Part shown: piece after piece, positions 50,816 to 63,477 of the stretch | How positions within the stretch are numbered: the stretch's first letter is position 1 | Layout of the letters: every line of letters starts with the position of its first letter | Position numbers and translations under genes: made by a program | NCBI RefSeq assembly: GCF_001194135.2 | Contig: NC_068983.1 | Coordinates: 100,817,827-100,881,826 of the forward strand | Origin: Octopus bimaculoides | Taxonomy: Eukaryota | Direction of reading: 5' to 3' | Length of the DNA: 64,000 nt | Notes under the pieces: generated by a model | Seen by the model: only the letters and a program-made list of their open reading frames with translations | Told to the model about the DNA's origin: nothing | Database searches by the model: none

Positions 50816-50849
50816 GGAGGATCTGTGAAGGTCCCGCGGGTGGGGTGGG

Positions 50850-51326
50850 GTCTATATTTTGGAAAACCACCTTTCAATAATCTCCCTTCGTGGCATAATT
50901 AATAGTCAAGACTATTTGAGCATTTTATCTGATCAAATTCATCTTATGGTTGTGGTACTGTTTCAGGATGATAATGCACCAATTCACACAGCTAAAGTTG
51001 TTACTGAATGGTACGAGGAACATTCTAGTGAAGTTGGACATCTTATCTAGCCACCACAGTCCCCAAATCTCTATATTATTGAACATTTATGGTGCATCTT
51101 AGAAAACAAGTAAGGAGTCGATATCTTCCACCATCATCACTACAAGAACTGGAGACTGTTTTAGCTGAAGAATGGACGAAAATTCCTTTGGAAACAATTT
51201 AAAGTTTGTATGAGTTCATACCTTGTAGAATTCAAGCTGTAATTACTGCCAAAGGCGGTCCTACCCCATATTAAAATAAATTTGTTTGAAATTTTAAGGT
51301 GTTCCCATTATTTTGTCCAACCCCTG
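50850..51326 (+). mobile_element. Tc1-like transposon 3' fragment
   Basis: FQDDNAPIHTAK, PPQSPNL.IIEHLW, AVITAKGGPTPY*; right end ttttgtccaacccctg|TA. Confidence 0.88.
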
Positions 51327-52059
51327 TATATGTGTGTGCATGTGTGATGGGCTTTTGTCTCCCAGATTCATTGAGCAAGACACTTGCTCAAGGTGCCATG
51401 TAGTGGGACTGAATCTGCAACTATGTGGTTGTAAAGCAAGCTTAACCATAATAAATAAATATAATGAAAATCCATTAAAAAAAATTACTAAGTATAAAGT
51501 CTTTTAGAATTATAACAAACAGAATACAGTACAATCAAGATATATATATATATATATATATATATAAAGAAAAAGAAAACAAAGAAATGAAAAATTAAAG
51601 AATTTTTTATTTAAGAATTCAATTTAAAATTGGTATAAAGAAATAATTCATTAAATTTCATTTACCACTTTCTTTTAGAATTTTAGCTGCATGATAGATT
51701 AATGGTAGTACAATAAGTTCAATTTGGTGTCAAGTTGGGATTTGCATCAGTGGGTATAAAATAAATGTTACACTACCAGAAATTTAAAAAAAAAGCATAA
51801 CATAATTAATCTTATGCTGTAAGGAAGAGACAGAGGAAAGCATAATATTTCAATTAATTGTCCCTCAATGAGGAAAACACAGAGAAGAAAGAAGGAAAAA
51901 GTTCTGCAGAAATAGTAAAACTGTTACTGCAAGGTCTTGATGGTGTTGAATAAATAACAAATCTCTATGTTGCCAATCACTGAAACTACACAGCAACAGG
52001 CACCACACAAACACCTGCTATTATGTTTCTTCAATAACAGCCACGTATACCCACTATGT

Positions 52060-52446
52060 GGAGGCGCAATGGCCCAGTGGTTAGGGCAGCGGCCTCGCGG
52101 TCATAGGATCACGGTTTCGATTCCCAGACCAGGCGTTGTGAGTGTTTATTGAGTGAAAACACCTAAAGCTCCACGAGGCTCTGGCAGGGGATGGTGGCGA
52201 ACCCTGCTGTACTCTTTCGCCACAACTTTCTCTCACTCTTTCCTTCCTGTTTCTGTTGTGCCTGTAATTCAAAGGGCCAGCCTTGTCACACTGTGTCACG
52301 CTGAATATCCCCGAGAACTACGTTAAGGGTACACGTGTCTGTGGAGTGCTCAGCCACTTGCACGTTAATTTCACGAGCAGGCTGTTCCGTTGATCGGATC
52401 AACTGGAACCCTTGACGTCGTAAGCGACGGAGTGCCAACAACAACA
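52060..52446 (+). mobile_element. tRNA-derived SINE family C, full length, CpG-rich (young)
   Basis: Box A tggcccagtggttag, box B ggtttcgattccc, (CAA)n tail. Confidence 0.88.
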
Positions 52447-52754
52447 TACCCACACCTCTATTATCACTCATCATTTTCCTTGACAAACCATTTCATTTTA
52501 CCAATTCTCTATATCATTCATTCAATACCATGTGGTCTTTAGAATAATGCAGTTTTACTACACCTCATCTTTTCTTCTCTACTTTTCCTCAATGAAGGAC
52601 AACTATTTGAAACACTGAACTTTTCTCTTTCTTCCTTACAATGTAAAATGAATTAAGCTTGTACTCTTGTTTAGTTTTGTTGTGTTTTTATTTCTGAAAA
52701 CTTTAATAGCAGTATGTATTTCAGATAATCTAAAATTAACATCTTATGCAATTC

Positions 52755-52758
<4 letters not shown>

Positions 52759-52808
<50 letters not shown>

Positions 52809-52938
52809 CACATTCATATACACACATATATATGCATATATATACACACACACATATTCATATATACACACACATATATATGCATATATACACACACACA
52901 CATATATATATACATACACATATATATATATATATATA
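52759..52938. repeat. Compound (TA)n/(CA)n microsatellite. Others at 5555-5635, 8716-8860 (GA-rich), 19970-20000, 30341-30383 (TC)n, 39990-40020, 40708-40770 (TA)n/(GATA)n, 59036-59081, 63625-63735
   Basis: Seen directly. Confidence 0.95.
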
Positions 52939-54736
52939 GCAATAAGAAAATGGAGGGGATTAATAGGTGCTATTCATCAACTTGCAGACATTGTATTATG
53001 TCAATTTACTTGTTTATTTGTATACTAAAAGGACAATAATAACAATATACAAACAGATGTGACATATTATGTCATATCTAATTATAAAAATGACATATAG
53101 TAACATCAAGAGATAAAGATTTCATAAACGATAAATATTTCTTTAACATTTAGATTAAAAGCAATCAGTGGGTAATAACTAAAGAAGATTGACAAGGCTA
53201 ATATAATGTGAATGAATATTGTCATTGGTATTGTATAAACTTACACAAGGGTAGTAGATTATGCTTGCAAATTTAAACCTTGAAACAGCTATTTTCTTTT
53301 GCTCTGAACAAGGTACATAATTCTACCAGAATGACAACAATATCTCCTATTTTAGGCTAAGTAATTAATGGTAAAAAGTGCATCCAGATATTAAAAAAAA
53401 AAGCTTTGAAATATAAATAAGAAAAAAATTACATGACAAAATAAATGTTAGAAAACCTAGAGGTCTAGAAATTATACCTAACTGAACTCATAAGATTTCT
53501 ATTAAACATGGAAATTTTGGAAACTGACAGAAATCCATATATTGCACATAGTTTGATAAAAAAGATTATTGGAAAAATCCTTTTATATGAGTGTGTTATT
53601 GCCTTCTTTGATGCATTTCATTTGAATTGTTTATCACAGTTATCAATATATTTGTAAGTGATCATAAATATTTATATTATAATATTTCTTTCAATCTTGG
53701 CATTATTGTATTTGTAAACACCTGTTATAATTATACAAAGGAAAGTATCCCAGTAGGATTTAAACTCAGAACATAAATGCACATAACTAAATGCTGCAAT
53801 TCATTTTGTTCTACTGTATATTGATATTGTCATCCATTAAGCTTTACAACAACTGTAAACACAAAAGAAATGAAATTTAATGTTTTGAGGAAATCTATAA
53901 AAACATAATAAATTCTTTTGATTTAATTTGTTATCAAAATATAATTTCAAATTTTATGTTGGGGGTGGGGAAATGTCAGTATAAACCGATGGGGAAACCT
54001 TTTTTTAAAAAAAAAAACTTATATTTTATTATAGAAAAAACATTCACAGTAGAATCCAGTTGGGTGGGGTTTGAATTGACATGGAAATTTTTTAAATATT
54101 GAATTTTCTAAAAATATATATTTTTGTATATTTGAACTTTTATTGTATTTCTATAAAGTAAACTTGTGTATGTTGATTATATTTAATAATGAATTCCATT
54201 ATTTCTTTTGATGAAGTTACTTCCACATATCTTTTCTGTTTATTTTTTTTTAAATGCTGTTTTAATTTATATCTGTTTGTTAGTTTTGATCTTTTTGCCT
54301 AAATACAAATAATTATTTGTTCATATTTTTTTAACCAATCACAAGGCCAAACAACATTAAAAGGAATGTGTGCTTGATTCAATCCATCCTAGTAAAATAT
54401 GGCAACTCAGTTTTATCAATCTTGGCAGGATACTCAATTCAGAATTATTTGTATATATTAAAATGTAAACATGGAGCTAAACTGGTAATTAATTAATCAT
54501 ATAATTAAGGAAAAATTTAAAATCTAAAGATATTCATATATTTAAAAAGCTAAAGCTTCCTATATATCAATTCTTTCATAAGAAAGAAAAGAAACTACAA
54601 ATAATAAGAAAACTATAAAGTGAAAATTTAACAATATAAACTAAATTTGGTTCTTTCAGTTTTCTGAAGGATATGATAATTTATGGCTTGATATTGACAC
54701 AATTAGTTTAGAAAAGTTAATATTTTTTAGCTTTAA

Positions 54737-54946
54737 CCCTTTAGCATTTAAACTGGCCTAAATATTCTACCTGTTTCATGTACATGTTGGCCTGGTCCAG
54801 CCTCTCACACTTACCCTATAATGTCATTCTAAAAATAAACAATCACATCATCAAAATCTTGAAGCAAACAGATAATGCATAATTAATTCAAAACAATGTG
54901 AATAAATAAGCATTATATTTGACAGAGTAATCTGAATGCTAAAGGG
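54737..54946 (+). mobile_element. piggyBac-type MITE, 210 bp, complete
   Basis: TTAA|CCCTTTAGCATT...AATGCTAAAGGG|TTAA. Confidence 0.88.
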
Positions 54947-55258
54947 TTAAATTATTTTGTCACAAATTAAATATTAGGGAAATCAGCATCATGTGAATAT
55001 TGTGTTCTGAACTTATTTTAAAGATAAGTTTATCCTTCGTCTGTTTAATACGCTAAAAACTGGATTTAAATACTGGCCTGAGAATTCATGTGATTTCTAA
55101 AAGAATTGATCGAAAGTAAAAAAAAATAATCTTTTTTCTTTAATTCTAGTAAATTTCCACTTTAAGAGATTCTACTAAACAGATTTTAAGTTTTTACAAG
55201 TCATATATTTTTTATCTCAACATATAAAATGCCTAAAATCTTTTTAAGACATGCCTAC

Positions 55259-55368
55259 TTATTCACAACACCACTTTCCAACAAACTCGGAGATCTTCTG
55301 ACGAGCCTGTACCAATGCCTGTGGGTCAGATGCAGCAGCAGGATACATATTAGCACAATGAGCTGTAC
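55259..55368 (-). CDS. S28 peptidase last exon: GTAHCANMYPAAASDPQALVQARQKISEFVGKWCCE*
   Basis: cttctattag| acceptor, phase 1; catalytic His motif; TAA stop. Confidence 0.92.
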
Positions 55369-56777
55369 CTAATAGAAGAAAATGAATTGCATTATTCAGC
55401 AGAGCATAACAAACAAACCATTGAAAAAATTTAGCATTTATAGTGACACCAATGAACAAATGAGAGAATTTTCAGGTAAAACAAATTTTACTAAAGGACC
55501 GGAAGATGTGGTGATTTGCTAAGTAAAATCGCTGTCTTACACACATACAGGATTGTCCTGTCGGTGGCAGTGCCACTTAAAAAGCACCCTGCACATTCTG
55601 TTAAGTGGTTAGCTTTAGGAAGGACATCCAACCATAGAAACTATGCCACAAAAGACGGAGTCTGGATAGCTCCCTGCTAGCCAGCTCCATGTCAAATTGT
55701 CCAACCCATACCAACATGGAAAGCGGACATTAAATGATGATGATGATGATGAATTCTAGAAGTTGTTTCTCAAAAATAAATTTCTACTACCTTAGACATC
55801 TGAATTTTCACAAGGTGGTTAAAAAGCTGACCAAATGAAATAGTTTCATAAACAAGATCAGAATAGGATGCAATTAAAGACTAGAACCCATTCTATACAG
55901 CATACTACTGATTCTGCCTGCAAAACAGTGGAATGACAGAATCATTAGAGGGTTCCATAAAATGCCTACAAGTATTTAGACATAGTCCCCTTACATTCCA
56001 AGTTCAAATCTTGCCAAAGTCAACTTTGCATTTCATAAAGTACCAGTCACATACTAGAGTTGATTTATATTCTCGTAAAGCAGCCTAGATGCAAATGGAA
56101 TTATAATAGAAGAAATCCAAATAATAAAAGCCCTACAGAGAAAGAAGAAAACCTACAGCACATAAGTAGATGAGTGAACAATTGGGACACATAGATCTAG
56201 TGTTTTTGATATGCTGTGCTTCAGTATGGTGAAGGACCACAATCTACACTCCAACATATATGATGAAGTGTGGCATTCAGAATATAATGTCCTGTCTGAT
56301 CCTGTATGCCTCTAATTTTGTACTGAATGCAGAATCTGTCAACTGGAATTTAAAAAGTAGGCCATTTCTCGAGATATGATTGCCAAAAGCTATTTTTTTT
56401 ACAGTTAATTACAGAAAGATGTACCTGCCAAAGTGAATCTTTGATATATACATTAAAGTCAGTAGCAATACAAGAAATAAGTAGTTTACATGATGTTTGG
56501 AGTACAAAGCAATAGAGGGTCTGAAAAATTGAAGCCAATGTTAGAAGGTATTTTTACTTCAGATTCTTGCATAGATTGCCTACTTTAGAGAGGGAGTCTT
56601 GCATAAAAGGAAAACTGTGCTAATAGTTATTTCTATATTTATGGAATTGATGGGAAACCAGGTTCAGTAAAGGGAATCTCCACATAGTGACTGTGAAGAG
56701 ATAAGGAAGTGAGACATTAAGAATTACGTTTCTTTACCAAAGACACAGAGACTAACATAAGCAAAATGATGACTTAC

Positions 56778-56986
56778 CATTTATATAGACTGCTATAACA
56801 TCTTTAGATATATCACTAAGAACTCCTAGAGCATGCCAAGGATCTATAGAACCATTGGGTAGAATAATGCGAGAACCACTTAGATGTAAAGCACCATAGT
56901 TTGCATTGGTCCACTGAATGCCTGCACTGGTAAAGTTGAGGTTAAATTTCTTACCAAATAAATCTATACATATCTGACCTGAAATA
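56778..56986 (-). CDS. S28 peptidase exon: SISGQICIDLFG...TNANYG...NGSIDPWHALG...AVYIN
   Basis: ttttctgtctcag| is the only frame-preserving acceptor; donor |gtaagt; 209 nt, phase 2-1. Confidence 0.88.
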
Positions 56987-57556
56987 CTGAGACAGAAAAC
57001 AGTACACATCAAAAAATATATTTTAGAATGCATCTGGATATTCTATAGTAACAAGTTTATTAAATATTTGTTACTCATGAAACAGAGAAATCTATAATTC
57101 TCTTGAAAATCTTTAGAAGATAAAGACAATGATGAGGATAATGGTTACTCTCTGCAGTTTTCAAGGTGTTCAAACCTTTCTCCTGGCATCCTACAGATGC
57201 TGCTGAAAGAGGGTCTGACTGTAAAGAGCTGACGACATTGAGAGGAACCATAAATGCACTATGTATACATAAAGCCTTTTAAACTGGCAACAATAAAACT
57301 TAATAATTCATCATCACTGCACCAATGTCCATTGTACTCAAGCTGGTATAGATAAGCATACTATCAGTCTTCTTGCTTCAATATTATTTTGTCCATGAAG
57401 TTCGGCATCTTGAGTCCCAATTTCACCACTTCTTTTCTCCTGCAGATAACTTTTAGTCAACGGACCAATTTCTCTCATAGACTTTCACTGAATTTGATAC
57501 TAGGAATATTTAACTGTAATGAAATACTACATAAATTGTTTCAAACATATTCTTAC

Positions 57557-57650
57557 CTTAGAGGGTAATGATGACCAAATGGTTGTTTAGGAAAATCTGA
57601 CGTTTGAAAATATCCAAATTCAGTACAGGTTTGATAAATCCACTGCCGGC
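57557..57650 (-). CDS. S28 peptidase exon: [31 protein letters not shown]
   Basis: tttactttag| and |gtaaga; 94 nt, phase 1-2; hallmark W.YQTCTEFG motif. Confidence 0.93.
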
Positions 57651-59032
57651 CTAAAGTAAATGTACATACTTTAATACTTCATTTAGGCATTGCAATACTA
57701 ATAACCTGCTGTTAGAACTCAATATACATATGCTTCACATAAAAAGTACTCATGCCGGCACCACATAAGAAGCACTTGTGCTGACACCAAGTAAGAAGAA
57801 CCTGTGTCAGAGACATATAGAAGCACCTGTGCTGGTGCCACATAAAGTGCACCCAGTACACTCTGTAAAGTGGTTGGCGTTAGGAAGGGAGTCCAGCTGT
57901 AGAAACCATTCCAAAACAGACAATTGGAACCTGGGTAGTTCTTCAGCTGGTCAGCTCCTTTCAAGCCATCCAACCCATGCCAGCATGGAGAAAAGACGTT
58001 AAATGATCGTGATGATGATTCAGTACAAAGCATCAGTCAAGTACACAGTGGTAATAATAGAATTGAGATGATAAAGGAATAAACAATTATGTTATAAACT
58101 TCATTGGCTTACAGCTGTTTCTGCTATAAGGTGCAATACACACATAGATGAGTACTTGAGGACCATTCTATAGCTTCAGACATGAAGTGTAATTTCTTTG
58201 AGAAAAACATTTACACTTGTGTAAATGTCCCGCATTATGATGACATATTTCGTCGTCTGCGTGACTGGCCTGAACAGTGTACTTCGCTGACTGACACTAC
58301 TTACTGAGTCTGTCCACTACTTACTAGTAGTGGACCAGCCCACTTCTCACCTGGGAGCATCCACCACAACACCTCCCTCTTTGAGATTTTTTTTGTTTTC
58401 TTTCAACACAGCATTATATATATATATATTTTTTTCCATTTCTTTTTCTTCTAACCAGAATTATTTTTCTCTTTTTATTTAGATTTTTTCTTGTCCCACA
58501 CAGAATTATATATATATATAATTTTTTTTCAAATTAAAGTCAAGTGATTGAGGGGGAAGCCCCACCCAGAAAAAGAGGAATTTTAAAAAGTGTACAATGA
58601 TAGGTATATGAGGAATTACTATAGGATCTAAAGTCAGTAAAAAGAATTATCAGTAAATATGTGTGGGTGTGTGTGAATATATATATATATATATATATAA
58701 CCTAGGAAAACAAAGATAGAATGACAGATGCAGGATCTTAGACAATGAAAGAGAAAAAAGAACACAAGAAAAAGAGAAACGCATAAGTGTATTTATGAGG
58801 GTCATTAAATAATTTTCCAGATCAATATTTTAACCAGATTGACCACTGGGGAGAAGTGAGGAGACATTATACAGATAACTTGTGTGTATCTGTATATGTT
58901 GATAGAGAGAGGGGGGAGAGAGCCAACAGGGGTTTTGATGGACAATATATGCACAAATCAGACAGGCATATAATCCAAGTATATGTATATATACAGATAA
59001 ATACATACACAGACATATACAAATATTTGTGC

Positions 59033-59081
<49 letters not shown>

Positions 59082-59085
<4 letters not shown>

Positions 59086-59431
59086 GCCATCCCATAAGTT
59101 CTGTCCGAATTTTGAATAAAGAAAACAAGTGATCAAATGTTATATTTAATTGAAATTTAATCATCAATGTAGTTTCCTTGATTATCTATGACTTTTCTTC
59201 CATTTGTTTACAAACCTTTTAATCCCATCAATGTAAAACTCTTTTGGTTTCAAAGCGAAGAACTCTGAAATGTCAGTTTCGACCTCCTCTTGGCTTGCGA
59301 AAGTTATGTCCCCCAAATGGTTCTGTAAACTACGAAATAAATGGTAGTCTGAAAGAACAAGATCAGGAGAATAAAGTGGAGGAGGAATTTTTTCCCAACC
59401 AAGCTCTTTGATCTTCTGTGATGTGATCTTT
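59082..59431 (-). mobile_element. Mariner element 3' end, cut by an N gap
   Basis: Minus-strand PLYSPDL motif; terminus TA|tcaggccatcccataagttctgtccg. Confidence 0.75.
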
Positions 59432-59688
59432 NNNNNNNNNNNNNNNNNNNNNNNNNNNNNNNNNNNNNNNNNNNNNNNNNNNNNNNNNNNNNNNNNNNNN
59501 NNNNNNNNNNNNNNNNNNNNNNNNNNNNNNNGTATGTATGTATATATATATATATATTTATTTATTTATTTATTTATTTATCTGGCTTACCAGATGCTGT
59601 GAAACCATCCAATCCATGCAAGCATGGAAAGATGTTAAAATGATGATGATGATTTAAGAGTCAGAAACTAAAATACAAAAGTACGTAC

Positions 59689-59890
59689 CTCCTTCAGCAG
59701 CACTTGAATTCCATGAGGTCTCTCTCAGATCTTTAATCATTTCTTTATAACTGAAATCAAGGCACTCTTCTTCTTGTGTTTTAAGCATTAACTGGTTAAC
59801 TCTTGCATATCTATCAATAGGAGGCCCATAGTTCTTATTTGTCATAATATTGCAGAGGGTAGTAATTGTTATATTTGTTCCTTTGGCACT
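59689..59890 (-). CDS. S28 peptidase exon: SAKGTNITITTLCNIM...CLDFSYKEMIKDLRETSWNSSAAEG
   Basis: ttctatttcag| and |gtacgt; 202 nt, phase 0-1; within ORF 59654..59911. Confidence 0.92.
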
Positions 59891-60559
59891 CTGAAATAGA
59901 AAGAAGAACAAAAATAAATTACCAAATTAAAAATGAAAATGAAATAAAATTTAAAAAAAACAAAAAAAAAAAACGTTCAACACATTGCAGTAATGAAAAA
60001 TGATGATTATGATGATGATAACAGCAAAAAATCAATACAAAAGTTAAGACAACATTAATGAAAATAAATGATTGTTTCTTACATCAGTGATCTTTACCCT
60101 TAGTTTCAAATTTTGGCTGTGTTTTACAGTTTCCTGCTCCTCCTCATCATCATTTAACATCTATGTACCAAGCTCACATGGGTTGGATGGTTTAACAGGA
60201 TCCAACTAGCCTGAAGGCTGTGTTGGTTTCTAGTGACTGCTCTGGCAGTGTTTCTATGACTGGATGCCTTTCTTAACAACCACCAGTTTACTAGTCTCCC
60301 AATTACTTAGATTACTAATAATTATTACAAGAATTTGGTAGGCTTCTCTTTAGCTGATCATCATAGTTTCAACAAATATAAAAACAATATCAAGTACAGA
60401 GATATTGGAGGGGGTGGACGACGTGCATTGTGTGCAATTATGATATAAAGAAGAAAAGATAGGACATTTTCTAAGTTGATAATAATGCTAAAGGTTTATT
60501 GATAGTAAGAGAAAAAGAGAGATTAGTAAGTGTAAAAGATGACCTAAATAACTAATTAC

Positions 60560-61440
60560 TCAAGATGGTCATGACTGTAATTAATGTACATCGTAGAAGT
60601 AGCATGAGCAGTTTCTACAAAGAACTTCTATCTGAACTACTGGAATATCAGGCAACAAGTTATCCATGGAGCATCAGACAACAAGTTATCTCCACCCAGC
60701 ATGGGCACAAGTTCCTTCAGCTACATACTCCTCCACAGCCTTCAACTAAGTCTACCTTGCTTGTTATGCACTTGCTCTCCTGATTTCTATACAAGAGAAG
60801 ATCTCATTGGTCACTTCATGGACATGTGCTATATGTGGCTGACCATTGTTTGCCAACTTATAGCAATAGTATTCTGTAGGTTAGGTATTCAAATTATCCC
60901 TTTCCGTGGCTTGTTTATTTGTGATGTGCCCATGCCAAGAAATTCTTAGTATGATCCAAAGATGTAGTAATAAAGAATCCCAGCTCATCAAGGAAGTCAA
61001 AGTAAGCAAGTTTTTCTCTTGTTCCCATTTGATACAGTTTAGAAAATCCCCAATGTGTCCTTATGATAATGTTGAATTTTTTTGTGTTCCCATCTTTAAT
61101 ACAACATGTCTTCCAATAAAGTGATCATGTGATATTGATGTAGTAGTTGGGCACTCCATACAGAACTCCTGTGAATACTGCCAAAGGACTTATTGAAATT
61201 AATGAGATTGATCTCAGGCAGCTCTGGAATATAAGACTGAGCTCAAAGATGTGTAACATGAGAATTAGTTCACTACATGACTTTCCTGAATTCTATCAGC
61301 TCTTTTTGTAGATATTTATCAATTACCTTGTTGTCTGCTTTACTCTTCAGGCAGGTAAGGTGTACATAGTAGAACACTTTGCAAAAGATAGACAGTAGAC
61401 TCATTCCATACTAGTTGTTGAAGTTGCTTAGAGCTCTGGT
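60560..61440 (-). mobile_element. Heavily decayed LINE RT fragment
   Basis: Minus-strand remnants resembling the Q.GFR and KAFDSI motifs. Confidence 0.4.
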
Positions 61441-61503
61441 GAGAATGTTCATCTCAATGTACAAAAGATAAGATGAAAGCGATTCAACTTTTAATGATCT
61501 TAC

Positions 61504-61618
61504 CTCAAATTTCCGATTATCTCTATTGTACTGCACAACACCTTCAAAATTTCCAGATAATGAAGAGAAAAGATTTGAAATATCCAGTGTATTAGTGATA
61601 TCAATTTCTTGGCAAAGG
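61504..61618 (-). CDS. S28 peptidase exon: (N)[38 protein letters not shown]
   Basis: aatttgttccag| and |gtaaga; 115 nt, phase 2-0. Confidence 0.9.
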
Positions 61619-61958
61619 CTGGAACAAATTGAAAGGAAAAAAACCCTTTAAGTTTACAAGACTGAACTACTGAAATAGGCTTATCAAATGATAAGATTCA
61701 TTAAACCTGCCTCTGTAAATTTTCAATCAGCTTAATATCGTGGTGAAATATTTCAGCAAAATCCCTAAAACATGTTAAGTCCTATAAATTATAACGATAC
61801 ACCTACAATAAAAAGATTCTATAAACATAGAACACTGATTGAATTCTCAAAGATCAAACCATTTGATCTGCATTCATTCATGATAGAGATATGTTCAAGT
61901 AGGGCTAACAAACTATTCAACAACGTCTACCAATTAACAAAATAAAACAAATTTTTAC

Positions 61959-62097
61959 TTGAAATTTGTCTTCAACAGATCTCTTCCTGCTGGAGTTTTA
62001 AGTAATTGCTCAATAGCTTCAGTTGCTTGGCTAATAGCTGTGTTACATTCAGGACCACCAAATGTCGCAAGAGACTCAGTAACAACTCGCAAATAAT
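61959..62097 (-). CDS. S28 peptidase exon: DYLRVVTESLATFGGPECNTAISQATEAIEQLLKTPAGRDLLKTNF
   Basis: tcatttcttccag| and |gtaaaa; 139 nt, phase 1-2; within ORF 61955..62170. Confidence 0.9.
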
Positions 62098-63164
62098 CTG
62101 GAAGAAATGATAATAAAAAAACACAACGGCATATAGAAGGTAACACTGTTTGATCATAATTTGTATGCAAAGTATTTATACATCCCAGAATTATAATTTG
62201 CCAGCTAACTTTACTAAAAGGTTTCCCTCAAGAGCAAGCCATTAAGTTCTAACAGATAAACAAAGCAACAATAAGACGCTAATTAAACAAACTCGTAGAT
62301 GCTACTCACTATGGTGAAAGTAGACTGACCATCGCCTAATTCTAAAAAAATCTGATGTCATGCTCACAAACACAATGAAAGAAGTGTGCAGGTGAAGCAG
62401 TGGTGGAAGTTCAATATCTTGCTCATGGGGGCCATAATACCCACCACCTCTAACCTAATCCAGATCAAAAAGAAAAAGGAAAAGGTGAAATATTGGACTC
62501 TCTTTCTCTCTCTCAATATTATATATATAAATATACACACATATATATATACATATATAAATATATAATTTAGGAAAAAACCCCACAATTATTGAATTCA
62601 TCCATGAAAATCCAGAGTCACATACAGAAAAATTTGATAAATAAATACACTAAAAAGACCTAAAATAAAAATACAAAGTAATATATATTAGAATAATAAA
62701 ACAACTACACATGTTTCATAACCACATTTTCAAATAGAAAATAAAATAAAAATCAAATCGATTCATATCGATTCAAAATAAATTAGCTATATTTTTGAAT
62801 AGAATTGATTATAGCCTACTGCTTGCACCACTACCTTCATTTCTCCCTTAAATATTTCCTCCTCTTTCCTTCCTGTCTTATGGCTTGATCTCACAATCCT
62901 ACATACATCTTCCATTCACTTTGGGCTGTCCTTTAAGTAAACAACGCACAGAATAAACTGGATACAAAATGATATATATCCACCAATGTAACTATAATTA
63001 TCACTGGAAAATACACACAGATTCTATACATGGATATTTACTGTTGGAATGGAACTATACTCCAAGTACTTTTTCTTATTTGTTTTTTCTTCTCCGCATC
63101 GCTCTCATTTCTTACTGCAAATCTCCTCATACAGATGTAATAATCCTTACCTTCTACTATTACC

Positions 63165-63213
63165 GTCTCCGATGAAGGGATACAGTGAATTTCCCCCGAA
63201 ACAGCTGTAAGAC
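63165..63213 (+). ncRNA. Minimal type I hammerhead ribozyme (Penelope-associated, dimer type)
   Basis: GTCT-CCGATGA-A-GGG(atacagtgaatttcc)CCC-GAAA-CAGCTG-TA-AGAC. Stem I is GTCT/AGAC, stem II is GGG/CCC, stem III is the palindrome ACAGCTGT; predicted cleavage after GUA at 63209. Core carries a U4C change. Confidence 0.7.
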
Positions 63214-63477
63214 ATTCTACATAAAATATAAATTTATTTATGCCATTGGTCTCTTTATCTCATTCTTTTTATATATATACATGCTAATACACGGCCCATG
63301 TTATATTCCCCATTCATGTTGCAACCACATCCGGGGCAAAACTAGTCGGTATACAGCACTTACTCAGTATTACATGTATCATTTGGGTTTGTTTGACTAC
63401 ATTAACCTCCATAACCTATATAGCGTGAAAAAACCTCATAAGGGAAAAATCCATTAATTATTCCCTATAAATATAAT

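Larger units (their letters stand above)
55259..62097 (-). other. Gene model (5'-partial): family S28 serine peptidase (PRSS16 / C. elegans K12H4.7-like), 6 exons, ~288 aa in window
   Basis: Phase-consistent exons giving [43 protein letters not shown] (catalytic Asp) and GTAHC (catalytic His). The GGSY serine exon lies beyond the window end. Confidence 0.92.

Noticed and set aside
50834-50850. G-quadruplex-like gcgggtggggtgggg
   Set aside because: Only three G tracts, lying at a SINE/Tc1 junction; no sign of function
52060-52135. tRNA gene (also the heads at 43474 and 3594)
   Set aside because: Box A/B are present but there is no complete cloverleaf with acceptor stem, and each continues into a multi-copy SINE body
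52667-53039. YIYIYI/HTHT-rich ORFs (also 5501-5750, 8417-8930, 19373-19780, 58856-59167)
   Set aside because: Translations of dinucleotide microsatellites, with no splice or homology support
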